Shown piece after piece: positions 1 to 13,922 of a DNA stretch of 64,000 nt. The stretch is from contig OZ024747.1 of assembly GCA_964016885.1 (NCBI GenBank), forward strand, positions 55,242,001-55,306,000, given 5' to 3'. The DNA is from Eledone cirrhosa (lineage: Eukaryota). Position 1 is the stretch's first letter. Every line of letters begins with the position of its first letter. The translations under genes and the position numbers were made by a program. Under the pieces are notes generated by a model, which saw only the letters and a program-made list of their open reading frames with translations, made no database searches and was not told where the DNA came from.

Positions 1-50
1 AATATACATATATATATATCGTGAGAGAGAGAGAGGGGGGAGACAGCGAG

Positions 51-129
51 AGAGAGGGAGAGTGAAATAAAAGTGATATAAATATATATATATATATATA
101 TATCACTTTTATTTCACTCTCCCTCTCTC
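51..129. repeat. Inverted repeat (~27-bp arms) flanking a short (TA)n tract
   Basis: agagagggagagtgaaataaaagtgata, then (TA)n, then its reverse complement tatcacttttatttcactctccctctct. Confidence 0.85.
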
Positions 130-702
130 CTTCACCCTCCCTCTCCTTCTCTCACTTTCTCTCCGTTTGTCATTGGGCTTATCACAATATCCGCTAACTT
201 TGTTATGGTGAATATTATTTCAATTCAAGATCTGTTGGCCATTATTATATCTGACTACATTTATCAAAACTGAAATACATAGAAAATAAAATACATCTTT
301 TTATTGGAAGTTTTTTTGATTTTTTTAATACTATTCATGGTAAAATATGAATTGCCCATTTTAAAATTGTAGATTTATGTAAATATTTAAAAAATGTACA
401 TAAATACGTATAAACATGTATATGTGTATATATTTGTGTAAAGGGTGCGTTTGTAAGTGGAGGTTTACGGGTAAGAGGGTATGCGTGTGTGTATGTGTGT
501 TCGTGTGAGAGTATGTGTATGTGCATGTGAGTGTATATGTGTGTGCGAGTGAATATATGTGTGACGGGGTACTTGGGTGTACGTAAATCTGTGTGATTAG
601 TTTTGTTTAAATATAAAAACCGCGTAGGAATAAAATTACTGAAAATATTACTGTTCTTTATTTTATATTTTAGTTGCAGTTAAAAAACAACGTCGCACAC
701 AG

Positions 703-733
<31 letters not shown>

Positions 734-977
734 AATTTATGATATATATATATACATTATATATAGCTATAGATAAAGAATATATATATGTATGCATGCA
801 TGAATAAATCCATGTTTAGATTATGTCTATAGTTGAAATATGACAAATATTTGAGTGAACTCAAACTGCATCCAGTCATATTTGGATGCTGAAACAATAA
901 ATAACCATGATTTTTATTTATTAAATTATTTCATAATACATTTATTTTAAAATAATAACAATAATAATAATAATAAT

Positions 978-1245
<268 letters not shown>

Positions 1246-2289
1246 ATTTAAGCCTGACTGAATAGACTAGTTCTCTTTTTTTTCAAAAAACCTATTTTCC
1301 TTTCCCTCTTCTTTTCACTCACCAACTTTCTAGTTCATCTTTTATTCCTTCTGATGTCCGAAACGTAATGATTTTGTTCCTATTATATCAAGCATTAAAC
1401 TAATATATTTCTTCATTGTTCCGCATTGTTTGGTTATTTGTTTCCGTTTTCATTTCGCATATTTATAGAGTTTCGTATTTTTTACACCGCAAGCCAATCT
1501 AGCGAGCCAAAGATATACCGCAAGGCATTACAACTAATGCTATATGATGTTCTCAAACCACTATCCTGGGATGGTACTTCTGTTTATCTACCCCAAAGGG
1601 TGAAATGTAAAGTTGACGTCTGTTACATTTGTCTCTGGGTACATATATAACACGAAGCGATTAATCAGAGTCCTTTAAGGATCTATCAATTCACAACTTT
1701 ATAATAAATGAAAAGATCGAAATATAATATCGAATATTATTACTTTGGTAGCGCATGTGAAACACAAATGTGACTGATACGAATGAAATCGGGGTCGTTT
1801 CGCTACTACATCACAACAATAACGTATAAGACCAAGAGAAATGTATGAGTCACTACACAGAAATATTCCTAGTAAAGACACTTTAGATAAAGAAGTTACA
1901 GACACTTTTCTTGAAATTAAAAAAGATAAGATGGTTATGGCATGAACGCTTTTATAATAGGTGCCCTTGATCAGAACTGACCTGGAGCTAAATAACACCA
2001 AATCTCTCGCATTAACAAAACCAACTTAGATACAGAATCCTGTAATAATGGATAAAAATCAACCATCGTTTGAACGAGGATCATATCATGCTGTATGATT
2101 TATATAAAGGGAAAACTTATATGTCTGTTAGACGTATGGTGTAAAAGTTCAATGGGGGACTGGGTTGTTATTCAGTTTCGAGAAAATGTGCCAAGGTCAC
2201 CTTGAATAGATGAACATTAATAATAAACAACAGGCAAACAACCACAGAAAACAAATAAGCAAACGAAAAACATTAATATAATGTTAGAA

Positions 2290-2720
2290 AGAGAAACAGA
2301 GATGAGAGAATTAGAGCAAACCTAGTCTTTAATGGATTAATGAATTATAATAAAGAATACAACATACACAATTGAAAGAAAAGGTTAGGAAAGAATATTA
2401 TAGACATTATATGAATAATTAAAACAGAGATAAATGCCAAAGATAAGGTATCACTACCCTAGCTGTTCCAGTAATAAGATACATTTATATTATTCTGAAT
2501 TGGAAGTTAAGTGAATTAGCAAGACTAGATAGAAAAACGAGGAACAATGCCAACATTTAAAATGCACCACCCAAAAGCCGCTAGAAAAAGATTAGATTTA
2601 CAACACTATCTCTTGAGAAGCATGGGTCATTTGCCACTCGAAAATTATAATGAAATGTTTTCTGTTGGATTACAAATATATCTAGAAAAGAATAAAGAGA
2701 AATTAATAGAAATAAATATA
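2290..2720 (+). mobile_element. Decayed R4/Dong-like (RLE-type) non-LTR retrotransposon fragment, RT thumb region
   Basis: Broken-frame translation gives IQHTQLKEKVRKEYY..IKTEINAK..TLAVPVI..ILNW..ELARLDRKTR..KMHHPKA..RL, typical of R4/Dong ORFs. Confidence 0.6.
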
Positions 2721-3459
2721 AACTGTAAGAAAACAAATCTCAACGGATTTCTTCCTTCAAGAAATACCCACAAAATCGACATCAAATTGATAGAATGTTT
2801 ATAGCGTGTTTTTAAGAGTGACGATATGTATTCCAGCGTCTTTCAGTTCAAATCCCAACAAGATCAACTTTGTTTTTTGCTCATTTGAAATCAATGGATA
2901 TTGTTTTGGACAGGTAGAACGTAAGATATGTCATATCTCTTCCGACTTTGTGAGATCAGCGTTCGGATGTTGTTCTCTGCCAATGATAAAATGGTAACAT
3001 GATATGACTGAGACCTGTTACATATTATCACCCATGAGATGCAGCCTCATAAAAAAAACAGTTACACCTACGTAGGTGTGATCTGCATCAATAAGAAACT
3101 GCATTGATAACATATTAATTTGCAAGATGTCGCAAGATTATATGATATAATATATAGTCTGAAGTATTTAAATTTTACAAGTTATAATGAATATGGTTCT
3201 AACCTTCAGAAAACTTAAGATTGCAATAGGATCAGCTGTCTTAAGATTGCAATAGGATAGGCTGTCCAAGATACGCATGGATGTGGCCAAATGCGGTTTA
3301 TTTTTCAATATAGTCCGGCATGTGGTCCACACACTTCTTCCATAGGTTTTGCAGTGCTTGGATCCCATTGGTGAAGAAGCTTTCATCCTATTGGTAAATA
3401 AAAGTGATAAACAGCACATATGACGCCATCATCACTGTGATACTGGTTCCCAGTCATCT

Positions 3460-4320
3460 CGGGGGAGTGTTGCCAAGAGGTGTATTCTTGGTTTGTAGAG
3501 CTCAAAAAGGCATAGGACCACGTTCCAAGGGACCTGCTGTGGAAGGTTCTACAGGAGTATAGGATCGATGGACGTCTTGTTGCTCGGTTGTCATTATAGG
3601 AATGTCCGAGTATTTGCGTTCGGATAAATCGAAACCATTCAATGTGGGTGTCAGTTTCTACCAAGGGTGCTCACGGTCACCACCCCTGTTTATTACTTTC
3701 ATGAACAGGATTGACATTCGTAGCCGGGTTAGATGTAGTATCACGACTAACAGGTCTTAAATAAGTCGGTTCGAATTTGCAGATGACATGGTACTACGTA
3801 ACTCGATAGAAGGTGATCTCCTACTTGCCCTTGATAGGTTTTGACGCAGTATTATATGGCTGAAATGAAAATAAGTGCTGCGAAAACTGAGACACCAGTC
3901 CTCTCGAGGAAGCCTGTTAAATGCAGTCTACATATAAATAGAATTCTACCGAAGCAGGTGGAGATGTTTAGGTAACTTGGGTCAGTGTTCCAACGCAGGA
4001 GGTTGAATTAGGTGCAAGAATTGCAGTAGCTGGTGCAGTAATGCACCTGATTCATCATGCGATCATTAAAGGAAAGGTGTAAACGCCAATCTCCCTATCT
4101 TCAATTCGGTATTCGTGCCAACTCTTACCCATGGTCATGAATATTGGGTAATGCCCGAAATAATACTATGGGCTTGTGATTAGAATTCTCAGGAAAGAAT
4201 CACTGGGCATATTTTACAGGCAAAACTAACCGGTAGGAGACCCAAGTGTAACACCCGAGTAAGATGGTGGGGTAACATCCATGAGCTTGGCTGGTTTCGC
4301 TTGGAAATCCAGTAACAACA
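3460..4320 (+). mobile_element. Decayed RTE-clade LINE (RT domain to 3' region)
   Basis: FVELKKA*DHVPRDLLWKVLQEY (cf. FVDLEKAYDRVPR), QGCSRSPPLFITFMNRI (cf. QGCVLSPLLF), FADDMVL; 3' motif ccggtaggagaccc matches ccggcaggagaccc at 21158. Confidence 0.75.
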
Positions 4321-4321
4321 C

Positions 4322-4457
4322 AAGAAGAAGAAGAAGAAGAAGAAGAAGAAGAAGAAGAAGAAGAAGAAGAAGAAGAAGAAGAAGAAAAAGAAGAAGAAGA
4401 AGAAGAAGAAGAAGAAGAAGAAGAAGAAGAAGAAGAAGAAGAAGAAGAAGAAGAAGA
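4322..4457. repeat. (GAA)n microsatellite, possibly the expanded tail of the RTE copy
   Basis: Near-pure GAA run directly after the RTE remnant. Confidence 0.95.
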
Positions 4458-5189
4458 TATTTTAAACATACACACACACACACAAACCGGTGCATTTCTA
4501 CGCACACGCACACATATACACACAGTCACAAAAATAAACACATAGACGAACAAACTTATTACAAAATTTCTTATATCTATAAAAAAACACGAAAAAAGCC
4601 GAAATAGCATCATAGAAGATAGCACCTGGCTGTTTAATGTCTGCCCCACATCTATACATCTGGTTTCAGAAAACAAGACATCGCATTCTCAACCTCACAG
4701 TAACACACACCATTACACTCAACAAATTCCACCTACCCCTTCTGCTACGCCAACCCATCAACCAAGTACTGACTGGATACGAAATTGTCCATTTAGCACC
4801 ACTATTACACTCAATTCCTCACTGGACAACAAAGTCAATTATTTCAGCTAAAGAAATAGCATTCTTAAACCCGCTATTATGTATTCCTTTTCATCTATTT
4901 CTGTCGACATACTAATATATAAGATACCATTTAGACTTATAGATTGGACATTGTCAATACAGAAGTTAGCAGAAAATAGAGGAAATACAGGCTTTTTGTC
5001 ATATCTTTTTCTTTTTTTTTTACAATACTTTCATAATTTTCTAAAGAACCGAAATGATCTCGCAAAAAATATATATATAAAAAAAGGAAGAATTCAATAT
5101 AATAAATAAAATAAAATATATGACTATTATGTATCTGATATACGTAGACGTGAATATATGAGTGCATTTATAAGTGTAAGTATGCTGAC

Positions 5190-5258
5190 AAATGTATACG
5201 TATCTATTTATGTATGTGTTTATGTATATATGTATGTATGTATGTGAGTATATATGTA

Positions 5259-5341
<83 letters not shown>

Positions 5342-5395
5342 TTATGTATGTGTTTATGTATATATGTATGTATTTATTATGTATGTATGTGAGTA

Positions 5396-5442
<47 letters not shown>

Positions 5443-5460
5443 TATATATGTATGTGAGTA

Positions 5461-5511
<51 letters not shown>

Positions 5512-5575
5512 ATGTATTTATGTGTTTATGTATATATGTATGTATGTATTTATTATGTATGTATGTGAGTATATA

Positions 5576-5616
<41 letters not shown>

Positions 5617-5975
5617 ATTTATGTATGTATGTATTTATGTATGTATATATGTATGCATGTATGTACGTATGCATCTAAGTATATACATATGTGTGTACAT
5701 ACTATTGTATATTTGTGTATGTATGTATATACGAATGTATATATGGATGTATGTATATACGTATGTATATATGTATGCCTGTATGTATGTACTATGTATG
5801 TATATACGTATGTATGTATGTATTTATATATGTATGTATGTATGTATGCATGTGTGTACGTATGTATCTATGTATATATCTTATGTATGTATCTATGTAT
5901 GTATCTATGTATGCTTGTACATACCAGTATGCATGTATGTCTGTACTTATGTATGTATACCTGTATGTATGAATG
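5190..5975. repeat. Compound (TA)n/(TATG)n low-complexity region with internal tandem duplications
   Basis: Recurring tatgtgagtatatat and tatttattat modules separated by TA runs. Confidence 0.9.
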
Positions 5976-6381
5976 AAGATATATTTATACCTATGAGGGT
6001 GTTCCAGTCAGTGTGTGTGTGTGTACGTACCTACATATAGGTGTATGACTTTGTATGTATATTTAGTATAGAAGTACATAGGTGATCATATTTGCACATG
6101 TGCTGAACGTCATATATGTGAATATATATATATATAGGTGTGTGAGTGTGTGTGTATATAGTTATGTGCGTGTGTGAGTGTGTGTTTATATATATATGTG
6201 TGTGTGTGTGTGTATATACATATTAACTATGAGCGTCAATATGTATCTCAGTCTAAGTGCATATAGCTGTGTTGCTCTGTATATGATTATATGTGTATGT
6301 ATGTAGCAACATATTGATGCCTCTCATGTATGTTTCGTTATACTAATTTAATGTAACAAAACACCAGTATGACATTCCATG

Positions 6382-6439
<58 letters not shown>

Positions 6440-6625
6440 ATATCTATCTATCTATCTATTTATATATCTGTCTATGTATCTATTATCTCTCTGTATATAT
6501 ATATATATATATATATACATGTTTATATATGTATCTCTATCTATCTACATAGCTATCTAAGTAATTGTCTATCTATATACCTATCTAGTTGTCAGTTCCT
6601 CTCTCTCGCTTTTTCTCTCTCTCTT

Positions 6626-6680
<55 letters not shown>

Positions 6681-6694
6681 ACACACACACACAT

Positions 6695-6733
<39 letters not shown>

Positions 6734-7033
6734 CATAGCTGACTAGCTAGTGTCTGTGTGTGTGTCTCTATAAGTTTAGGAACCATTTAAATTATGAATA
6801 TATATATATGTATTAGAATGTATACATAAATACACATATATTGATAAATACTTATATATAAATAGAAACACACACACTCATATATATATACATATATATC
6901 TCTGTATGTGCGTGTGTGTGCACGCGTGTGTACATTCATCAGTGGTGCTAATTTGTTACGAACACACCTGCAAATCTCAAACACGTACATATATATGTAC
7001 AGAGAAACATTCATACACACACACACACACACT

Positions 7034-7103
<70 letters not shown>

Positions 7104-7375
7104 TATATATATATATACATACATATGTGTGTGTGTGTGTGTATGTGTAAGTGTGAGAGAGAGAGAATATATATATATAATTTGTCTGTGTGTGTGTATA
7201 GGCATATATATATATATATACCCACACGTATAAACAGATATTTCAGTGTCTAAGTATGCTCTTTTGTAAATTCCGATTTGTGTCTGTTTGTATTTGAAGA
7301 AAAGCTCATGAGATAATATTGTATGTATTATTCCTTTATTCATTCATTTAGTTATTACTATTAGTAGTAGTAGTA

Positions 7376-7446
<71 letters not shown>

Positions 7447-8081
7447 TATTATCATTTATTTATTTATTTATTTATTTACATTTTGTCTAAAGTTAGTCCA
7501 TCGAAGAACATAACGAATAGAGATATTCTTGAATGCATTCAAATCTGTGCAACATTATATTTGTAATCTAAGAAAAATGAAAATAAACAGTGAATGCTTG
7601 TATTTTTCCTTTTCCCAATTTCCCCCATTTTAGCTGCCCTGTGTCTTTTATTTGTATAAATATTTTTCTTGTTGGTGGTGGTTTTAGGTTTTATTCGCTC
7701 TTGCTTGAATCAACTCAACCATCTGCTTTCTAAATCGTAATTTATATTGAATCCAGTATATTCCATTGATGTGACCAATTCCAATAAGAGGATAATGCAC
7801 TGTGTTTGTTCATTGCAAGACTGTGTATTACTCTTTCTCAGGCATGCTTCAACAAAAATACTTTTACTTTTCCTCTATGTCGATGGAAATATATAAAAAC
7901 ATTGACTAAAGTAAAGGTCCCCATACACATATATGTTTATGCAGAGGCATTATACGCACACTTACACGTATCTACACATATCTACACATATCTACACCGA
8001 CACATATATACGTACACATATACACTCTCACTCACTCCCCTCTATCCCCTATATATATATATATATATATATAAATATATA

Positions 8082-8093
8082 TACATTATTTAA

Positions 8094-8152
<59 letters not shown>

Positions 8153-8197
8153 AATATATATATATATATGTATATATATATATGCTTAAATAATGTA
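8082..8197. repeat. 15-bp inverted repeat flanking a (TA)n tract
   Basis: tacattatttaagca (8082-8096) and tgcttaaataatgta (8183-8197). Confidence 0.8.
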
Positions 8198-8648
8198 GCG
8201 CACATTAAATAGATGGGAACACTCAGTGATTTATATATATATATATATATACATATGTATATATACATATCTGTATGTGTGTGTGTAAGTGTGTAAATGT
8301 GTGTATGGGTGTGTATGATGTATGTCTGCTTGTATGTCTGTTTGTGTGCATACAAACTTGCATATCTTTATGTGAGGAGATGATGCATTCCAACTCGTAA
8401 AATAACACATACAACGCGTAAATATTTGACGTCGTGGAGATTATATTTGTTGCAAGCAAATCGTATATATAATATGTATATTTATATGACTGTACACAAG
8501 GTATTTAACCCATTCCGATCAAATATTAACACAACTGTACATATGCATGTCAGTACAAGCCTTTACATAAATATATACATAAATAAATACGTAAATATAT
8601 ATATATATATATAATATATATATTATATAACATATATAATATATATTA

Positions 8649-8680
<32 letters not shown>

Positions 8681-9533
8681 CCACACGTAAATGCATAGAG
8701 AAAGAGTTTGATATTAAAAATGACACGACACAGTGTGACAGTTACATAATTTATATTACATATATTTTATCTCGATTGCGCATGCGTGCCGTAGTCAAAA
8801 TTGCCACACTCAACCATGGAGCGCATTTCTATTGTTCATTAGTGGTTTCTTGTAATTATTTATGCACCATTCCTTCTTAATTCCCCACATTCCTCTTAGT
8901 CGAAACTATGGTTATCCCGAAGTCTCAGTTGCGACATTTATCATAATGTTATTTGACAGAATAGAAATAGGTATTTTTGTGAATGTTCACCGATTTAGAA
9001 GAGGTTATTTAGTTGAGAGTTAATAGGAGAGAGAGATATAGATATAGATGTGTTGTGTTGAGAATGTATGTATTGTACCATAGAAGTCACCGTTGAAGCA
9101 GTTAAAAGGAATATTGCGGCAAATATCACCATAAGGCATTTCGACGTTTTTGGATATATAATTTATTTACAAAGATGAGAATTTGAGTTAGCTGTGAGGA
9201 CAGGTGATAAGAAATGAAACAAAACAAATTAAGATGCTGTAAAAGAATACGCAGACCGATGGCTGAAGTTAGAAGCCACGGCCGCGGTAATTGTTTGATA
9301 GCAACATTTTGGAATGTTTGTTGAGCAAAATCAAGAGATGTTTACTTTCCGGTGCCGAGATTCAAAGAGAGAGATTTTCGAAATGAAGCGGGAATGTTTC
9401 CCTTTCGGCGGAAGTTGAAATACATTTTCCTACGCTGGTAGCGATTGACTGAACTGATCCAAACAACGCACGGAGAATGTATTCAAGTGCCATCAGAATG
9501 TAGGTCACTACAACAGGACGATCTCGTGGTCGT

Positions 9534-9629
9534 CTGCTCCTTGATCAATATGTGTAACATCCTGACTATACTTGCAATATAAGTAGAACCACACTGTCTG
9601 CATGTCGCCCTGCAGATCATGTACGTTGT
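9534..9629 (-). mobile_element. Decayed Penelope-like element GIY-YIG endonuclease fragment
   Basis: Minus strand reads TTYMICRATCRQCGSTYIASIVRMLHILIKEQ (cf. VYxxxCxxCxxxYIGxTxRxLxxRxxEH); adjacent 20-bp inverted repeat at 9653-9706. Confidence 0.6.
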
Positions 9630-9814
9630 TGATGGTAGAGTTAGAAAATGTGTATTGGGTCGTCAAGTATGAAATTTGTAAAAATGTCATACTTGACGAC
9701 CCAATATATATCGTTTTATACAAGTCCTAGTTTGCAGTGTATGGACTTGGGGTATGGACTCTAGTGTTGTATTTTCAGACTCTCCATACGGATACTGGTT
9801 GAGTGGCAGCGGTC

Positions 9815-9864
<50 letters not shown>

Positions 9865-10291
9865 ATCTTTCTCATTATTTATAAATAAATAAATATGTAG
9901 TTTAGAAAGCCACAACAATGCAGATGGGAAATCTCGAGGTAAGAAGTGAGTGAGAAATAGGAGAAAAGTGAAAATTGAGAGAAACGAAAAATGAAAACAA
10001 AACAAAGGTAGAAGGGTTACCGTAGTGGAGATTTAATCCCAATATTTCGAGCTCACGCCCATCAACGGGGGAAAGTTCCAAAAGGGGGGGAACAGGCTAA
10101 GCCGGAGAAAGTTGTATTGTCGTTAAAACATAGGAATGCCGTTATGGGGAAAATTCAAACGAGGGAAAGAATGCGGGTGTATTAACCATCAGAAATATAA
10201 GATTATATGCATATATATATATACATATATATATATATGTGTGTGTGTGTATGTGTGTGTGTATGTTTGTGAGTGTGCGGGCGTGTGTATC

Positions 10292-10352
<61 letters not shown>

Positions 10353-10377
10353 GTATATATATATATGTATATATATG

Positions 10378-10558
<181 letters not shown>

Positions 10559-10614
10559 GTGAAGTTTTTTTTTACAAAATGAAAAATAACCGAGGTGTCC
10601 TACACGAGTGGAAG

Positions 10615-10894
10615 TATAAAGAAAAAGGGATGAAATCGAAAATGCAACTGAAGTCTTATTTTTTAAAAAAATATATATATTTATTTCGTTCCTTTACCGG
10701 TTTCGCAGTTCTTCTGCTTTTCAAAAGGTGAGTTGAGATGGAGGGTCTGTGGTTTTTCAAAAACCACAGACCCTCCATCTCAACTCACCTTTTGAAAAGC
10801 AGAAGAACTGCGAAACCGGTAAAGGAACGAAATAAATATATATATTTTTTTAAAAAATAAGACTTCAGTTGCATTTTCGATTTCATCCCTTTTT

Positions 10895-10901
<7 letters not shown>
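10615..10901. repeat. Perfect 287-bp palindrome (143-bp arms, 1-nt centre at 10758) abutting (TA)n
   Basis: tataaagaaaaagggatg...gtggttttt C aaaaaccac...catccctttttctttata; no mismatch found by eye. Confidence 0.95.
10788..10825 (+). ncRNA. Minimal type I hammerhead ribozyme, U3-A8 core variant (mirror copy on - strand at 10691-10728)
   Basis: cctt-TTGAAAA-gcag-aagaa-ctgc-GAAA-c-cg-GTA^-aagg: stem I cctt/aagg, perfect stem II, palindromic stem III accggt, GUA cleavage triplet. Confidence 0.65.
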
Positions 10902-10935
<34 letters not shown>

Positions 10936-10939
<4 letters not shown>

Positions 10940-11131
10940 AAAACGTATGACCCCGACGGCAGAGCTCTAGCCGTTTCTTCGACGGGTATTTCTGTACTCA
11001 GAAATAGCCGTCGCTACGGCTTGAGCCCTGCCGTCGGGGTCATACGTTTTCCTATTTCCCACTCTACTACCCTAAGTTTTGAGTACTCTGGTGCGTTATG
11101 GTCCATCTGGTTCCTTGCCACATTTTCTTTG

Positions 11132-11132
<1 letters not shown>
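10936..11132 (+). mobile_element. Fold-back + tail element, family A copy 1, inside (TA)n
   Basis: Hairpin taggaaaacgtatgaccccgacggcag...ctgccgtcggggtcatacgttttccta, then ~70-nt tail cccactctactaccctaag...ggttccttgccacat. Confidence 0.8.
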
Positions 11133-11181
<49 letters not shown>

Positions 11182-11501
11182 TTTCATAGCATGTATTTAT
11201 TAGTCTATATATTACATTTTATCTATAAAAAAAAATATATAAAGTATCAATTGATGTGACAATAAGGCAAAGATACCAGAAATTTGCTTTTTTCGAAACA
11301 CAATAGAAAATATTTCATCCTTTTGAAGCAGCGGAATTGCAGCCCCTTTCTTCAAACAGCTGTTGGTACAATTGCCTATAGGAAACCACATTAATAACTT
11401 CATCTTAATAGGAGTTCAGTCTATTGAAGGGAAATTATTCCACTATACGAGACGTTACTTTAATTGTATGTATATTTATATATATATATATATATATATA
11501 C

Positions 11502-11715
<214 letters not shown>

Positions 11716-12032
11716 GTTTGTGTGTGTATATATATATATTTATATGAAGATTTTTTCCGAATAGGAAGCAACTCTGTTTGGTTAGGTTTCACGTACGATT
11801 TTTTGGTCTTGAGAAATTTTGAATTGGATTTGATTGTAATACATATTCTCTCCGTATGCATGTCCCCTTCTTATAATAAACAACCAATAAACGAATTAAT
11901 TAGTTATATATATATATATATATATATATACATCTTCACGCAAACACAATCTTTCCTTCTCTTTTGTATACACACACACTCACAGATATATATATATATG
12001 TGTGTGTGGTGTGTGTATGTCTAGATGGGTGA

Positions 12033-12105
<73 letters not shown>

Positions 12106-12106
<1 letters not shown>

Positions 12107-12210
12107 CGAAGGAAATGTGGTAAGGAAGCAGATGGACCATAACGCACCAAAGTACTCAATACTTAGGGTAGTAGAGTGGGTAATAGGAGCAAGTATGACC
12201 CCGACGGCAG
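12106..12210 (-). mobile_element. Family A copy 2 (tail plus part of one arm)
   Basis: Reverse complement of the family A tail, flanked by TA. Confidence 0.8.
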
Positions 12211-12217
12211 ATATATA

Positions 12218-12560
12218 TATAAACAGAAGGGATATTTAATGTATTGGGAATGCAACAAATATAGATGTTTATAACTGATTCAGAGCACCCGACAGCATTT
12301 CTGGAGTAAATATTCAATGATTTTAAATAAGTGGAAACTATATTTATAAAACCATATTTATTCTATTATGTATATTTCAAGCGTACCAAAGTTTTTGGTA
12401 CCCTTGAAATATATATAATAGAATAAATATGGTTTTATAAATATAGTTTCCATTTATTTAAAATCATTGAATATTTACTCCAGAAATGCTGTCGGGTGCT
12501 CTGAATCAGTTATAAACATCTATATTTGTTGCATTCCCAATACATTAAATAACCCTTCTG

Positions 12561-12566
<6 letters not shown>
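12218..12566. repeat. Near-perfect ~350-bp palindrome (~173-bp arms, 3-nt loop) between TA tracts
   Basis: cagaagggatatttaatgtattgggaatgc...gtaccaaa GTT tttggtac...gcattcccaatacattaaataacccttctg with a handful of mismatches. Confidence 0.92.
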
Positions 12567-12601
<35 letters not shown>

Positions 12602-12735
12602 TTAGGTTAATAGGAGTTAGGTATTATATACCCGTGTCCCGTTAAGGTATTGGCAGCATAATAATTAGCTCTATGCTTTGGAGCAGAGCCGTATATATGA
12701 AAAAGAACACAAGAGCGTCTACAACATCAAAAGAT

Positions 12736-12797
12736 TTTTATTCGCTAACAATGTTTCTTCCTTACGTGTAACCGTAGGATTCATCAGAGCTATAAAA
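12736..12797 (-). ncRNA. Minimal type I hammerhead ribozyme (left arm)
   Basis: Minus strand ttttatagct-CTGATGA-a-tcctacg-gttaca-cgtaagga-a-GAAA-c-att-GTT^-agcgaataaaa. Confidence 0.65.
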
Positions 12798-13827
12798 GGG
12801 GTTTGATTGGTGTTATGGACTCTACCAACCAAACACCCAAGAACAAAGAGTAAAGAGAGTAAAGAGCAAAAGTAGGGGACGATAAGTCTAATTTTGGTGC
12901 GGGAGGGTGGGGTGTTGGTTCTTGTTTACTAGCTGCGGTCATATTCATTCCCGGGAGTCGGGTGGTTAGCTGAACCATAGATGGGGTGGCGTCGATAGTA
13001 TGGTGCAGAGGGTGTGCAGAGGCTACACAAACACAAAGGGCGCAGAATACATATATACATATAGCGGAGGAGAAGGTACATGAGGTAATTAGAAATGGAA
13101 AAGGAATAATAATAATAATCTATAATTAATAGTGTATAATAAGGCATGGGGAAGATTACACTATAAGGTATAAAGGTAAGAATAAGGTAAAATATAAAGG
13201 AGGATAAAAGTGGAAAGAATAAAGATTAAAAAATATATATAGAGAATATATAAGGAAATATAAGCGAATATATGGAGGGGAAAACACAATGTAAAAAAAC
13301 CGATTTTTTCAAACAATAATAAAAATATAATAATTATCGGGGGAGAAAACAGGATAGAGAAATATGATCAAGTGTGATTAGTTGAGAGAATATAAGATGA
13401 TAATAGTTATGTCCATTTCATACATCTTAATAATAAATAATAAACAATATGTGTATCAGAGTTGCAGAACCTTCAATTCACTTACGGGTTCAAGCCACGT
13501 GGCATGGTCCGTTGTTTATATGTGCGGTCATGTGCGTTTGTTTTTGACACCACAGCAGATGCACAAGTTTGTAAATTCCAATGCAGATAGAAATCAATTT
13601 TTGCTCACCCGGACATTGACTGAGGATCCAATATTCCTAGTTCAATATGGTTCAGCTAACCACCCGATTCCCGAGAATGAATATGACCGCAGCTAGTAAA
13701 CAAGGACCAACACCCCACCCTCTCGCACCAAAATTAGACTTATCGTCCCCTACTTTTGCTCTTTACTCTCTTTACTCTTTGTTCTTGGGTGTTTGGTTGG
13801 TAGAGTCCATAACACCAATCAAACCCC

Positions 13828-13889
13828 TTTTATAGCTCTGATGAATCCTACGGTTACACGTAAGGAAGAAACATTGTTAGCAAATAAAA
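13828..13889 (+). ncRNA. Minimal type I hammerhead ribozyme (right arm)
   Basis: CTGATGA at 13838-13844, stem II tcctacg/cgtaagga, GAAA at 13868-13871, near-palindromic stem III aacattgtt, stem I gct/agc extended by ttttat/ataaaa. Confidence 0.65.
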
Positions 13890-13922
13890 ATCTGTTGATG
13901 TTGTAGACGCTCTTGTGTTCTT

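Noticed and set aside
1345-1372. Hammerhead-like words (ctgatgtccgaaacgta; also 10037-10072, ~32470, ~33195, ~41330, ~43353, ~44015)
   Set aside because: Core or stem II is incomplete; at best decayed relics, so not called as ncRNA
7480-7900. Possible minus-strand host exons (polypyrimidine-AG near 7570 and 7875)
   Set aside because: Stops in all frames or no convincing donor site; no recognisable protein motif
8777-8786. tgcgcatgcg NRF1-like promoter motif
   Set aside because: Single short motif with no linked gene or CpG-rich context
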